The notes under the pieces are model-generated. The model saw only the letters and a program-made list of their open reading frames with translations, did not search any database and was not told the DNA's origin. Both the position numbers and the translations under genes were made by a program. A DNA stretch of 63,390 nt, counting the filler, from Sphacelaria rigidula (taxonomy: Eukaryota), in NCBI GenBank assembly GCA_964200075.2. It is 11 parts of 11 records of this genome, joined end to end, with 100 filler letters (N's around TTAATTAATTAA, not from the genome) between each part and the next. Parts side by side here need not be neighbours in the genome. Positions count along the whole stretch, not along the records: positions 57,720 to 63,390 come from CAXNAA020025392.1; 10 more parts are not named here. One strand, given 5' to 3'. Below are positions 62,209 through 63,390 of this stretch, piece after piece (position 1 is the first letter of the stretch; every line of letters starts with the position of its first letter).

Positions 62209-63390
62209 GTTTGTGCACGCACTTGCACAGAAGAGATTCCCATCTTTGTAGTAGACGGTAACGAATTGTTAGAGTATGATCTAGTGTACTATTTCGGGCT
62301 GAGAGCTGTGCCCCGAAGGAAGTCAGTGGTCATCTTGCCATCTTGTCATCAAGTATTTCGGACTTCCATTCTCCTCCACTTGTTCAAGATGGAGTCGACT
62401 TGAATACACAGTGTGATGAGTATGCTACGATAGTATTAGTGTTTGAAATCATAGTCCTATTCGAGCAATGTGCAATCAATGCATGATATCTCAAAACACA
62501 CATCTGCGTGCTTTGCTGCAAGTTGTAGTCAGTTCTGTGAACGTGTCTTCGACCCTCACTCGTGCGGTGGACTCCATACAACTGACTAGGTGTTACTCAA
62601 GCCTAGAATCATACAGTGGATTCTGTGTGAGTAGCTCACTAGTGGCGTCAGGGTGGCTACTGGAAGACCATGACATCTCGGTGGCCTGTGCTTACGCGGT
62701 GTTGAGTGTGAGTTGCTAGACAGTGGATGCTGCCTGTGTGCCGACGCCAGAGGTTTATCCGAACACGCTAGCGCGCAGTCTGGAATTTGAGCCTCACGTA
62801 TATCGGGTTGTTGATTATGTCCGGGGAGGACAGAACACAAGATAATGACGCCGAGATGAGTTTTGTGTTGAGGGAACGGATGAGTGTTTGCGGAGAGACG
62901 ATATGGGTGATAATCTCTCGTTTGAAAGAGATTGTGGGATATTTGGACGACGATGTTATCGTGGTATTCCCTCAAATGGAAACATTCCCGCAGTGCTTCT
63001 AGCTGAACCACTGTGGTCCCGAAGTCTATGCGGGTCGGATGAGGATTTTTCGATCGCGGCTGCCATTGTACGTGAAATTCATGGCAAAATGAGGATTGCA
63101 CGCATCGGATAAACGGCGGAATGAAATCCAAAGACATCCATCTGTTTGCCAGCGGCATACTGTTGGCTTGTGAGCACGGGGCATGCTCAGCTGATCGATG
63201 TAAGGTACGATGGAGTTTTGCACACCTTGGACAGACATTGTAGATTGTTTGGGGATGGGATGGTTGGTTGGTTGGTTGGATGATTGGTTGTATTTTATTT
63301 TTTGGAGAAAGGAAAGACAATATATAGTCAATAGTTGCAGTAGACAAGAAACGTACTGCATAAAGTATAGGCCTATTGCGACTATTGTCG

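Overview
This window is not one locus. It is 11 eukaryotic contigs (nine of 5672 bp, two of 5671 bp) joined by artificial 100-nt linkers (N44-TTAATTAATTAA-N44), so adjacency across linkers carries no biological meaning. The repeat content (tRNA-derived SINE, RTE-like LINE ends with (AATC)n tails, many MITEs) and long GT-AG introns suggest a repeat-rich brown algal (Phaeophyceae-like) genome; this is an inference. Two host-gene fragments can be spliced: the first two exons of an atypical RHD3/Sey1 GTPase (8708-7080, minus) and two exons of a Cys/His tandem-repeat protein (45785-40568, minus). Most other recognisable sequence is mobile DNA: a disrupted Gag-like ORF, two hAT transposase fragments, a decayed LINE, an RTE 3' end, a Helitron/PIF1 helicase relic, a deleted Gypsy-like LTR element and many foldback/MITE elements. 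The most unusual items are a ~460-bp TRIM-like mini-retrotransposon carrying a tRNA-derived segment right after its PBS, the RHD3/Sey1 paralog with an N-terminal hydrophobic leader, a ~1.5-kb diverged palindrome, and a MITE with telomere-like repeats in both TIRs. No CRISPR array, rRNA or intact tRNA was found.
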